From positions 5,108 to 69,107 of the forward strand of contig JAJYJO010000004.1 of NCBI GenBank assembly GCA_021789435.1: a stretch of 64,000 nt of DNA, given 5' to 3'. Of the stretch, positions 10,347 to 19,669 are shown piece after piece. The position numbers and the translations under genes were made by a program. The notes below the pieces were generated by a model that was not told the DNA's origin, searched no databases, and saw nothing but the letters and a program-made list of their open reading frames with translations. Origin of the DNA: Chloroflexota bacterium. Its GTDB lineage: Bacteria > Chloroflexota > Limnocylindria > Limnocylindrales > CSP1-4. Every line of letters starts with the position of its first letter. Position 1 is the stretch's first letter.

Positions 10347-11467
10347 ATGCGACCGCGCCCGCGCCAGCCGCGCCCGCGCCGGTGACTCCCGTTCCGGACC
10401 CCGCGTCCCGCTACCTGCGGGCCTGCCGGCGCCTGCCCGTCGATGCCACCCCGGTCTGGTTCATGCGCCAGGCCGGCCGCTCGCTGCCGGAATACCGGGC
10501 GATCCGGGCCCGCGCCAGCCTGGAGGAGATCGTCGCCGACCCGGCGCTCTGCGCGGAGGTGACCCTGCAGCCGGTGGGCCGCCTGGGCGTCGACGCGGCG
10601 ATCCTGTTCGCCGACATCACGACGCCCCTGAGCGGGCTGGGCGTGGGGGTCCGGATCGTCGAGGGCATCGGCCCGGTAATCGATCGGCCCATCCGTACCG
10701 CGGCCGACGTCGCGGCCCTGCGGCCGTTCGAGCCGTCCGCCGCGGTGGGGCCGCTCCTGGCGGCGATCGGCCTGGTCCGGTCCGCCAGCCCCGTGCCGCT
10801 GATCGGCTTCGCCGGGGCGCCGTTCACCCTGGCCAGCTACCTCGTCGAGGGCCGTTCGGCGGGGGACGCGGGCCGGCTCAAGCAGCTCCTCCGCGCCGAG
10901 CCGGCGGCCGGCCGGGCGCTCCTCGAGCGGCTCGGGGAGGCCACGGTCGCCTACCTGCGGGCCCAGGTCGCGGCCGGCGCCGCCGCGGTCCAGCTCTTCG
11001 ACTCCTGGGCCGGCGCCCTCTCGCCGTTCGACTACGACCGCTTCGTCCGGCCGGTCATGGCCGGCCTCTTCGCCGAGCTGGGCGAGCTCGGCGTGCCGGT
11101 GACGCACTTCGGGACCGGCACCGCCGGCCTGCTCGAGCGGATGGCCGCCGCCGGGGGCGACGTCGTCGGCCTCGACTGGCGGGTCGACCTGGCCGATGCC
11201 CGGAGCCGCCTGCCCGGGCGGGCCCTGCAGGGCAACCTGGACCCGGCCGCCGTGCTCGGGCCCTGGCCCGCCGTCGAGGAGCGCGCCCGGGCCGTCCTGG
11301 CCGCCGCGGGCGGACGCCCCGGCCACATCTTCAACCTCGGCCACGGTGTCCCGCCGCAGGCCAACCCTGATCTCCTCCGCCGCCTGGTGGACCTCGTCCA
11401 CGACGAGACCGCCGGCGCCGCGACTCCCGTCCTGCCCGAACCCGGCGCCGAAAGGACCACCGCGTGA
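10343..11467 (+). CDS. hemE: uroporphyrinogen decarboxylase
   Basis: PVWFMRQAGRSLPEY, GFAGAPFTLASYLVEG and IFNLGHGV. GTG overlaps the hemL stop. Confidence 0.9.
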   Translation: MNATAPAPAAPAPVTPVPDPASRYLRACRRLPVDATPVWFMRQAGRSLPEYRAIRARASLEEIVADPALCAEVTLQPVGRLGVDAAILFADITTPLSGLGVGVRIVEGIGPVIDRPIRTAADVAALRPFEPSAAVGPLLAAIGLVRSASPVPLIGFAGAPFTLASYLVEGRSAGDAGRLKQLLRAEPAAGRALLERLGEATVAYLRAQVAAGAAAVQLFDSWAGALSPFDYDRFVRPVMAGLFAELGELGVPVTHFGTGTAGLLERMAAAGGDVVGLDWRVDLADARSRLPGRALQGNLDPAAVLGPWPAVEERARAVLAAAGGRPGHIFNLGHGVPPQANPDLLRRLVDLVHDETAGAATPVLPEPGAERTTA

Positions 11468-12495
11468 CCGATATCTACCCCCACGACTGCCCGGCCGACG
11501 CCCCGCGCTACCCGGGGACCGGCGACGGCCCGCCCATCGACCGCTCCCGCCAGGCCGTCCTGCTGATGGCCTACGGCTCGATCGAGTCGCTCGACCAGGT
11601 CCCGGCCTACTACACCCACATCCGGGGTGGCCGCGTGCCGTCGCCGGAGCTGCTGGCGGAGCTGACGGGGCGCTACCGGGCGATCGGCGGGACCTCGCCA
11701 CTCTCCGGCCACACGGAACGCCAGCGGGCGGCCGTGGAGGCGGCGCTCCGGCGGCGCGGCCTGGACGTGCCCGTCCATGCGGCGATGAAGCATGTCGAGC
11801 CCTTCATCGGTGACGTCGTCGGCCAGCTGGCCCGCGACGGCGTGAGCCACCTGGTCGGGATGGCCCTGGCGCCGCACTTCTCGACGATGAGCGCCTGCGC
11901 CTACTGCCACGCGCTGGCGGATGGCCGGCAGGCCGCCGCCGGCGGCCGTCGGCCCACCTTCGAGATGGTCCGCGACTGGCACGCCGAGCCGCGCTTCGTT
12001 GAGGCCCTCGCCCGGGCGACCGGCGAGGCCCTGGCCGCGCTCCGCGCCGCGGCCCCGGCCGCCGACCCCCACGTCGTCTTCACCGCTCACAGCCTGCCGC
12101 GGCGCATCCTGGAGCGGGGCGACCCCTACCCGGAACTGCTGCTCGAGACGGCCCGCCTGGTGGCCGGCTCACTCGGCCCGGCCGCCTGGAGCTTCGCCTT
12201 CCAGAGCGCCGGCCGGACGGCCGACCCGTGGCTCGGGCCCGACCTGACCGAGCACCTGCGCGCGCTGGCCGGCCAGGGTATCCGGGCGGTGGTCGTCTGC
12301 CCGGTCGGTTTCGTGGCCGACCACCTGGAGGTCCTCTACGACATCGACATCGAGGCGCGGGCGACGGCGGACGAGCTGGGGATCCGGCTGCAGCGAGCGC
12401 GGTCGATGAACGACGACCCGATCTTCGTGGAGGGGATCGCCGACGTCCTCCAGCGCCGGCTGGCGCCCGAGACGATGGCGATGGCCGCCCGGTAG
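11464..12495 (+). CDS. hemH: coproporphyrin ferrochelatase
   Basis: LLMAYGSIESLDQV, FTAHSLP and GFVADHLEVLYDIDIE. GTG overlaps the hemE stop. Confidence 0.9.
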   Translation: MTDIYPHDCPADAPRYPGTGDGPPIDRSRQAVLLMAYGSIESLDQVPAYYTHIRGGRVPSPELLAELTGRYRAIGGTSPLSGHTERQRAAVEAALRRRGLDVPVHAAMKHVEPFIGDVVGQLARDGVSHLVGMALAPHFSTMSACAYCHALADGRQAAAGGRRPTFEMVRDWHAEPRFVEALARATGEALAALRAAAPAADPHVVFTAHSLPRRILERGDPYPELLLETARLVAGSLGPAAWSFAFQSAGRTADPWLGPDLTEHLRALAGQGIRAVVVCPVGFVADHLEVLYDIDIEARATADELGIRLQRARSMNDDPIFVEGIADVLQRRLAPETMAMAAR

Positions 12496-12511
12496 CGCCT
12501 GGCGCCCTGGG

Positions 12512-13393
12512 TCAGGGAACGGACGAGGGCCGCGTGATCACGGACGGGTCGGCGGCGGCGCGCCGGCGGCGGAAGCCCGTCCGGGGTCCGAGGAGCAGTG
12601 CGACGAGGAACGCCAGCGTCTCGACGAGCACGATCGCCGCCCCGGAGGCCACGTTGAGATAGAAGCTCAGGTAGAGCCCGACGACGGCCGAGATCGCCGC
12701 GATGGCCGCGGCCAGGGTGATCATCCGGTTGAAGCGGACGACCAGCAGCTGGGCCGTCGCCGGGGGCGTCACGAGCATCGCCACGACCAGGATGATCCCG
12801 ACCGCCTGGATGCTGATCACGATCGTCACGCCCAGCAGCCCGAGCAGCAGGTACTCCAGGAAGGCGACCGGCAGCCCCGACGCGGCCGCCCCCGCCGGGT
12901 CGAAGGTGGCGAAGAGCAGCTCCTTGCGCAGCACGAGCACGGTTCCCAGGACCAGGCCGCCCAGGATCGCGACCTGGACCAGATCGCCCGGGCCGATCCC
13001 CAGCACGTAGCCGAGCAGGTAGCTCAGCAGGTCCGTGGTGTAGCCGCGGATGGTGCTGAAGAGCACGATGCCCAGCGCGAACGTGCCGGCGAAGAGCACG
13101 CCGACGGCCGTGTCGAAGCGCAGGCCGCCGCGCCGGCTGACCGCGCCGATGGCGAGGGCGGTCGCGACGGCCGCCACGCCGGCTCCCAGGTAGAGCGGGG
13201 CACCGACGAGGTAGGCCACCACGAGCCCGGGCAGTGCGGCGTGGCTGACGGCGTCGCCGATGAAGGCGAGGCCCTTGAGCACCACGAACGAGCCCATCAC
13301 CGCGCAGACGACGCCGACCATCAGGGCGGCGGCGAGGCCCAGGCGCATGAAGGCGAAGGAGAACGGGTCGAAAAGGAGCCCCGCGAGATCCAT
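12512..13393 (-). CDS. znuB: metal (Zn/Mn) ABC transporter permease, ABC-3 family
   Basis: About 8 transmembrane segments typical of ZnuB/MntB-type permeases. Last gene of the zur operon. Confidence 0.75.
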   Translation of the reverse strand: MDLAGLLFDPFSFAFMRLGLAAALMVGVVCAVMGSFVVLKGLAFIGDAVSHAALPGLVVAYLVGAPLYLGAGVAAVATALAIGAVSRRGGLRFDTAVGVLFAGTFALGIVLFSTIRGYTTDLLSYLLGYVLGIGPGDLVQVAILGGLVLGTVLVLRKELLFATFDPAGAAASGLPVAFLEYLLLGLLGVTIVISIQAVGIILVVAMLVTPPATAQLLVVRFNRMITLAAAIAAISAVVGLYLSFYLNVASGAAIVLVETLAFLVALLLGPRTGFRRRRAAADPSVITRPSSVP

Positions 13394-14280
13394 CAGGGCT
13401 CCGCCGCCGGGCGAACGTGCCGCTCGCCGGGGGGCGGCTGGTCATGGTGGGCGTCGTCGATGGCCAGCAACTCGCCTGCCCTGCCAGGCAGGACCAGGAC
13501 GTGGCCACCGTAGGTTCGGGCCAGCAGCTCCTGGTCGCGCACCAGGTTGGCCGGCCCATGGGCCACGATCCGGCGGTTGAGCAGCAGGGCCTCCTGGAAG
13601 CGCTCGGCGGCGCAGAGGAGGTCGTGCGTCGTGGCGACGACCGTCTTGCCGGCCCGTGCCTCCGCCTCCAGGACGTCCATCAGGTCCTCCTGTGTCGTCG
13701 CGTCCACGCCGGTGACGGGCTCGTCGAGCAGGTAGAGGTCCGGATCGGCCGCCAGCGCACGGGCGAGGAAGATGCGCCGGCGCTGGCCCCCCGACAGGGT
13801 GCCGATCTGTCGGTCGCAGGCGTGGGCCATGCCCACCGTCGCGAGCGCCTGCCGGACTCGCTCGTGGTCCTCGCGGCCCGGGCCGCGACCGATCCCGAGG
13901 CGCGGGTAGCGGCCCATCATCACCACGTCGCCGGCGCTGACCGGGAACTCCCAGTCCACCAGCTCCGACTGGGGCATGTAGGCGATCCGCCGGGCGTTCG
14001 CGCCGGCCGGCGCTCCGAAGACCTGCACCTGGCCGGCGATGGGCCGCAGGAGCCCCGCGAGGACCCGCAGCAGCGTGCTCTTGCCGGCCCCGTTCGGGCC
14101 GATCACCGCAAGCAGCGAGCCACGGTCCACCTCGAACGAGATCTCTTCCAGCGCGACGCGGCTTCCGTAACCCGCCGTCACGACGGCGAGGCGCAGGGCG
14201 ACCACGCCGGTTCCGTGGGGGCCGCCGAAGCCGGGCCCAGGCAGCGAGGAGGGCGGCAGCTCGAGGGCCTCGGCGCTCAT
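13393..14280 (-). CDS. znuC: metal ABC transporter ATP-binding protein
   Basis: Walker [18 protein letters not shown] signature and Walker B LLDEP. The true start may be downstream of the annotated ATG. Confidence 0.8.
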   Translation of the reverse strand: MSAEALELPPSSLPGPGFGGPHGTGVVALRLAVVTAGYGSRVALEEISFEVDRGSLLAVIGPNGAGKSTLLRVLAGLLRPIAGQVQVFGAPAGANARRIAYMPQSELVDWEFPVSAGDVVMMGRYPRLGIGRGPGREDHERVRQALATVGMAHACDRQIGTLSGGQRRRIFLARALAADPDLYLLDEPVTGVDATTQEDLMDVLEAEARAGKTVVATTHDLLCAAERFQEALLLNRRIVAHGPANLVRDQELLARTYGGHVLVLPGRAGELLAIDDAHHDQPPPGERHVRPAAEP

Positions 14281-15265
14281 CCGCCGGCTCCTCCGGTCAG
14301 GCCGGCCACGATCTGGCCGACATCCCAGCGCAGCAGGCCCTCGTAGCTGTCGGCTGGCGCGGACCCGAGCGCGTCGCTGTAGAGCGTGGAGACGAGGCTG
14401 ACGCCTGCCTCGGCCGCGAGGGCCTGGACCAGCCGCGGGCTGAACTGGGCCTCGCTGAAGATGGCCCGGACACCCGCCGCCCGGACCTCGGTGACCAGGG
14501 CCGCCATGTCGGCCGCCGTCGGCTCCTGTCCGACGTTGGGCAGGACCACGCCGACCAGCTCGAAGCCGAAATGGCGAGCGAAGTAGGGGAAAGCGTCATG
14601 GTCGGTCACGAGCTTCCGCTGGCCGGCCGGGATGCGCGCCACCTCCGCCTGCAGCTCCGCGTCGAGCGGGCCGAGCTCGGCCGCAAACGCCGCTCCGTTC
14701 GAGCGGTACGTCGCTGCCCCGGCCGGATCCGCCTCCGCCAATCCGGTTTCCAGCTTGGTAACGTAGTAGCGTGCTACCAGGGTAGGATCCAGCCAGAAGT
14801 GGGGGTTCGGCCGGCCGTCGGTCGAGATGGCGGGGATCCCTTCGCCGAGCACGACCTGGTGGGCCGCCCGGTCGGTTCCGGCCTCGATCAGGCGGGCCAG
14901 GAAATCGTCGAGGCCCATGCCGTTCGAGACGATCAGGTCGGCGGTCGCCAGGGCGCGGGCATCCTCCGGACGCGGCTCGTAGTCCTCCGGGCCCACGCCG
15001 GGCGGGATGATCGAGCTGACGGTCACCCGCGCGCCGCCGACGTGGCGCGTCATGTCCGCCAGCACGCTGGTGGTGGCCACGACCCGTAGCGCACCGCCGC
15101 CCGACGGCGCGCTCGACCGGTTCCCCGCGCCGTCGCCCGCCGAGCAGGCGCCGACCGCCAGGGCCAGGACGAGCCCGAGTCCGAGCGTCGCCGGGGGCCG
15201 GAGGGGGCTTCGGCGCGAGCCCTCGGCGAGTCGTGACCGGCCGTTCTCGGGTCGCGGCGCGCTCA
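14277..15265 (-). CDS. znuA: metal ABC transporter substrate-binding lipoprotein (ZnuA/TroA family)
   Basis: Lipobox LALAVGACSAG followed by a TroA-like fold (HFWLDP, DHDAFPYF). The long upstream reading frame was trimmed to the GTG at 15265. Confidence 0.75.
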
Positions 15266-15703
15266 CGGTTGCCCGCCTTGGCCCTGGCAGGCAGGACAGA
15301 GGCCGAAAAGCGCGAGCCGGTGGGCCGCCACCCGGTAGCCCGTGCGCCGGCCCATCTCGTCGGCCACCTGCGCCAGGCCGCAGTCCGCGACGTCGGCCGC
15401 GCGGCCGCAGCGCGAGCAGATCACGTGATGGTGGTGGCTCGGCTCGCAGGAGAGGTAGGCTCGCTCGCCGCTCGGCAGATCGAGCCGTTCGATCAACCCG
15501 AGCTGGCTCAGCAGCTCGAGGACCCGGAAGACCGTCGCCCGGCCGATCGCCGGGTCGGCAGAGCCGGTCGCCGCCACGAGGTCGGCCGCCGTGAAGTACC
15601 CCGGCTCCCGCGAGATCAGCTCGGCGAGGGTGCGGCGCGGCCCGGTCAGGCGGTAGCCGGCCGCTTCGAGCGTCCCGGTGATGAGGTTCGCGTCGATGGC
15701 CAT
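15263..15703 (-). CDS. zur: Fur-family metalloregulator, probable Zur
   Basis: Begins MAIDANL. Fur fold with HHHHVICSRCG....CPAC metal sites. Directly upstream of znuACB. Confidence 0.75.
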   Translation of the reverse strand: MAIDANLITGTLEAAGYRLTGPRRTLAELISREPGYFTAADLVAATGSADPAIGRATVFRVLELLSQLGLIERLDLPSGERAYLSCEPSHHHHVICSRCGRAADVADCGLAQVADEMGRRTGYRVAAHRLALFGLCPACQGQGGQP

Positions 15704-15798
15704 GGTCGGCCCAGACGATACTCGGTCTCGCGAGCCGAAAAGGGGCCCGGCGCGGGCCCCGGCCGGGGCCGCCGGCTTCGCTGACCGCGGATCGGCCC

Positions 15799-16434
15799 TC
15801 AGGGCGCGGCCGTGCCGCGCGGCAGCTCGTTGGCAAGCGCCGCGACCTTCGCCGCCCAGGCCGGATCGCTGGCGTAGCGACGGTTCATCGCCCGCAGCGT
15901 GGGCGCTCCGCCCCACCAGCGACCGCCCGGGGTCAGGTAGAGCTGGCTGACCTGGCAAGCCACGAAGTCGATCCCCGCCGCATCGTCGGCGAACCGGCTC
16001 GCCTGGCCGACCGGGTCGGCGTCCACGGCATTCCAGCCGAAGAGGTTGTGGAACGTCCGGGCGATGCGACTCGTGCCCCGGCCGGACTCGAGCAGGGCGT
16101 GCGCCACGAGGTAGCGGGCGTTGACACCGTAGGCACGCTCGGCGGCGACGAACGCTGCCCCGAGCGGCGGCAGGGACGTGCGCGCGGCCAGGTAGCGGTC
16201 GATCAATGCCGCACCCATGCCGCTCTCCGAGCGGAGGTCGGTGTCGACCGTGAAGGCGCCGGCCGGATCGTACGGCACGACCGGGAGCGGGTGCGGGGCA
16301 GCGAGCAGGAGCCCCAGCCCGGCCAGCGCAACGCCACCCGACAGGGCCAGGCGAGCCAGCAGGCCGCGCGGCAGGCGAGAGGCACGCGGTCCGAGCCTGC
16401 GGAGCAGCGAGCGGGGCGGGCGGTGGCGCATCGT
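15799..16434 (-). CDS. glucosaminidase-domain (FlgJ-like N-acetylmuramidase) cell-wall hydrolase
   Basis: YGVNARYLVAHALLESGRGTS...NLFGW matches the mannosyl-glycoprotein endo-beta-N-acetylglucosaminidase domain. GGAG ribosome-binding site 10 nt before the ATG. Confidence 0.7.
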   Translation of the reverse strand, partial: TMRHRPPRSLLRRLGPRASRLPRGLLARLALSGGVALAGLGLLLAAPHPLPVVPYDPAGAFTVDTDLRSESGMGAALIDRYLAARTSLPPLGAAFVAAERAYGVNARYLVAHALLESGRGTSRIARTFHNLFGWNAVDADPVGQASRFADDAAGIDFVACQVSQLYLTPGGRWWGGAPTLRAMNRRYASDPAWAAKVAALANELPRGTAAP

Positions 16435-16709
16435 GGCCCTCCGGTCCTCTCCAGAGACTTCGGACGACGGCCGGCCCGCGCCGGGCGGTGGCCTGGGCTC
16501 CAGCCTACCGCGTGGCAACCGTTTGCCGCCATCGCCCCTGCGACGTCCCGGGTCGAGGGGTCCCCGGCCGGATCGCCGCCCTCGCCGGGCCGGATCGCCA
16601 CCGGCCCCGATGCAACTCCCCGGTCGGATCGCCGCCGGTCGGGCATGATTCGCCGGTCAGCTGTGCCCCGGGCAGCGTGCCGGGGCATGGCCGCCACGCG
16701 GAGGTGCCC

Positions 16710-17189
16710 GTGACATCCGATCCGACTCCCGATCACTCGGCCGCTTCCCCGGCCGGCGATGGCCCCATCTCGACCCTGACCTGTCCCGCCTGCGGCAAGG
16801 CCAACCGGATCCGTCCCAACCCGCGGGGCGTTCCGCACTGCGGCGCCTGCGGGGCCATCCTGCCCTGGGTGGTGGACGCCGGCGACGCCACCTTCGAGGC
16901 GGAGGCCGCCGCGGGCGTGGCCGTGCTGGTGGACCTCTGGGCGCCCTGGTGCGGTCCCTGCCGCTTCGTCTCGCCGATCGTGGAGCAGCTGGCCCACGAA
17001 TACGCGGGTCGGCTGAAGGTCGTGAAGGTCAACGTCGACGAGAACCCCGGGCTGGCCGCCGCCTTCCAGGCGACGAGCATCCCGACCCTCCTCGTCCTGC
17101 AGGGCGGCCGGGTCGTCGACCGGATCGTCGGCGCGTTGCCGAAGCAGGACCTGACCGTGCGCCTGACCCCGTTCCTCCTGCGCCGCTGA
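16710..17189 (+). CDS. trxC: thioredoxin with N-terminal zinc-finger (TrxC-like)
   Basis: CPACGKANRI...CGACG zinc ribbon, then the WAPWCGPC active site. GGAGG 6 nt upstream of the GTG. Confidence 0.8.
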   Translation: MTSDPTPDHSAASPAGDGPISTLTCPACGKANRIRPNPRGVPHCGACGAILPWVVDAGDATFEAEAAAGVAVLVDLWAPWCGPCRFVSPIVEQLAHEYAGRLKVVKVNVDENPGLAAAFQATSIPTLLVLQGGRVVDRIVGALPKQDLTVRLTPFLLRR

Positions 17190-17269
17190 GGGCGGCCGCA
17201 CCCCGACCGGGCCGGCGACGGCACGGGCCCCCGGCACCAGCACCGGGCCTGCGAACCGCCGTCCGGCTG

Positions 17270-17288
17270 CGGGCCTCTTTCAGGCCCG
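17270..17288 (+). terminator. GC-stem hairpin (cgggcct-ctttc-aggcccg) after trxC, no U-tract
   Basis: Inverted repeat seen directly in the sequence. Confidence 0.3.
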
Positions 17289-17400
17289 GTTCCCGCCCGC
17301 CCGCGCCGGCCCGGCTCCCTTCCGCCCGAGCCGGCCGGCCGGGCGGACCTGCTCCGATCGGGATCCGACCGGCCGCGTCGGCCGCTACCATGGGCCCGCC

Positions 17401-18087
17401 GTGTTCTACCGCACCGATCCCTGGCTGCACGTCATCGCAGGCTGCATGTCGTCGGGCAAGACCGACGAGCTGCTGCGCCTCCTCCGCCGGGCGGAGATCG
17501 CTCGCCGCCGGGTCGTCCTCGCCCGGCCCGACATCGACACCCGCACGCCGCCGGACTATGCCGAGAGCCGGAGCAAGGCCCGATTCCCCTCCGTCCTGGT
17601 GCCCCGCTCCGAGCCCGACCTCGTGGTGACCCTGGCGCGGGAGCGCGATGCGGACATGGTCGGGATCGAGGAGGCCGAGTTCTTCGAGTCGTCCATCATC
17701 CCGGCGGTGGAGACCCTTCGCAACACCGGGCGCCACGTGATCGTGACCGGCCTGAACCTCGACTTCGCCGGCCGGCCCTTCAACTCCATGCCCACACTCC
17801 TGGCCATGGCCGACGAGATCACGATGCTGACCGCGATCTGCGTCGTCTGCGGGGCGACCGCCACCCGGACCCAGCGCCTGGTGAACGGGCGGCCGGCGGC
17901 CATCGACGATCCCCTCATCGTCGTCGGCGGGCTGGACCGGGCCGCGGTGGAAACCTACGAGGCTCGTTGCCTGGTCCACCACGAGGTCGGCGCACCGCGC
18001 GGCTCGGGACCCGCGGAGTGGGGGCACCGCCGGCCTGAGCAGGGGGCCGTGCGGGCCGAGGGCAGGTCTCCCGAACGGCAAGGGTGA
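17401..18087 (+). CDS. tdk: thymidine kinase
   Basis: GCMSSGKT P-loop, IEEAEFF, VIVTGLNLDF and the CVVCG....C zinc site. Confidence 0.85.
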   Translation: MFYRTDPWLHVIAGCMSSGKTDELLRLLRRAEIARRRVVLARPDIDTRTPPDYAESRSKARFPSVLVPRSEPDLVVTLARERDADMVGIEEAEFFESSIIPAVETLRNTGRHVIVTGLNLDFAGRPFNSMPTLLAMADEITMLTAICVVCGATATRTQRLVNGRPAAIDDPLIVVGGLDRAAVETYEARCLVHHEVGAPRGSGPAEWGHRRPEQGAVRAEGRSPERQG

Positions 18088-18159
18088 CCGCGGCGCGCCA
18101 GGGGCCGGATCGCGGCTCGCGGGGATTGCATCAGCCGACCCGGTATCCGGCGAAAGCGG

Positions 18160-18205
18160 CCGCCACGCCTGACTGCCGCCACGCCTGACTGCCGCCACGC
18201 CTCAG
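18160..18205. repeat. 16-bp tandem direct repeat ccgccacgcctgactg, 2.9 copies, overlapping the 3' end of the MFS gene
   Basis: Direct inspection. Confidence 0.8.
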
Positions 18206-19524
18206 CCATCCGAGATCTCGGCCTCCACCGCCGGGGAGGACCGCGGGTCCGGGGCCCCCGTGGCGCCGCGCGCCGCCGTTCGTTCGGACCATTGTCGGGC
18301 GGCCCCTGGCGCCGGGCCGTGGGCGTCGGGGATGGCCCAGCGGGCGATGGCGGCCCCGGCCAGGCAGCCCCCGGCCCCGAAGGCGACCGCGGCCGGCACC
18401 GAGACACCGGCCAGCCAGCCGGCGACGGCAGAGCCCACCGGGTTGCCGAGGTAGTTGAAGGCCATCGAGACGGCGAACGCCCGACCCATCCAGGCCGGGT
18501 CCGTCCGCCGCTGGCGAAGGGTGAAGAGGGCGATGTCCATCGGTCCGTTGAGCAGCCCGACCAGGCCGAGCGAGGCCACCAGGGGCAGCGGCCCGGCGTC
18601 GGGCAGCAGGAGCAGGGTCGCGGCGGCGCAGCCGAGCATGCTCCAGGTGAGCATCCGCCGCTCACGCCCGTCGCTGTCCAGGCGCCCGAAGAGGAAAGCG
18701 GCCAGGACGCCGAAGACGCCCATGACCGCGAACATCCCGCCGACGGCGGCCGGTCCCAGGTGGAGCCGGTTCAGCACGATCAGCGGCACGACGATGGCGA
18801 CCATGCCGCCGCTCAGGTTGACCGCCGAGATCGAGAACCCGAGCGCTCGCAATGTCGGATTGCGCCACGTGTAGAGCAGGCCGCGCCAGGCGTCGAGGAG
18901 GAGGCGGCCGCTGGAGACGGTCGCCGTCGGCGGATCGGGGGTGCCGAGGAGGACGACGGCAGCGATGGCGAAGACGACCCCGATCCCGGCCAGGGCCACC
19001 GGGCCGCCCACGAGCTGGACAACGAGGCCCGCCACGGGCGGGCCCACCACCGTTGCCAGGACGTAGCCGTTGGAGTCGAAGGCGTTGGCCCGCTCCCAGA
19101 GGTGGCGCGGGACAAGGAGCGGGAAGAGGCTGCGCAGGCCGGTGTTGCTGAGCGGCCCGGTCAGGGAGCTCAGGCCCGCGATGAGGACCAGCAGGGGCGG
19201 CGTGAGCAGGCCGGCCGCGGCCAGACCCCCGATCAGGAGCATCGAGCAGGCGGCAACCACCTCGTCGAGCACGACCAGGCGGGTGCGCCCATGGCGGTCC
19301 AGGAGGGCGCCGGCGATCGGTGCCGCGATCAGGCCGGGGAAGATGCCGACGAAGGTGACCAGCCCGGCCAGGGCCGCCGAGTGGAACTCGGCCAGCGTGA
19401 AGAGGACCATGGCGACACTGACCATGGCCTGGCCGATGCGGGCGACCTGCATGCCGAGCAGCATCCGGCCGAGCGAGGGCACGGCGAGCAGGGCGCGGTA
19501 GGACCGATCGGGCGACGGGCTCAT
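18202..19524 (-). CDS. MFS transporter (EntS/YbdA-like)
   Basis: 12 predicted transmembrane segments and an MFS fold. Start trimmed to MSPSPDRSYR. Confidence 0.75.
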   Translation of the reverse strand: MSPSPDRSYRALLAVPSLGRMLLGMQVARIGQAMVSVAMVLFTLAEFHSAALAGLVTFVGIFPGLIAAPIAGALLDRHGRTRLVVLDEVVAACSMLLIGGLAAAGLLTPPLLVLIAGLSSLTGPLSNTGLRSLFPLLVPRHLWERANAFDSNGYVLATVVGPPVAGLVVQLVGGPVALAGIGVVFAIAAVVLLGTPDPPTATVSSGRLLLDAWRGLLYTWRNPTLRALGFSISAVNLSGGMVAIVVPLIVLNRLHLGPAAVGGMFAVMGVFGVLAAFLFGRLDSDGRERRMLTWSMLGCAAATLLLLPDAGPLPLVASLGLVGLLNGPMDIALFTLRQRRTDPAWMGRAFAVSMAFNYLGNPVGSAVAGWLAGVSVPAAVAFGAGGCLAGAAIARWAIPDAHGPAPGAARQWSERTAARGATGAPDPRSSPAVEAEISDG

Positions 19525-19669
19525 GGGGTGGCACCATCGTAGCCGCCGTCGGCACGGCACGCCGGCAGGCCACGATCCGACGAAGCCCGTGCCGCGCCAG
19601 GCCGGCGGAGCCCGCCATCGTCATCCGTCCATGCCGCGCCGCGGCCGACCCCCGGCACCCGCCGGCGGG

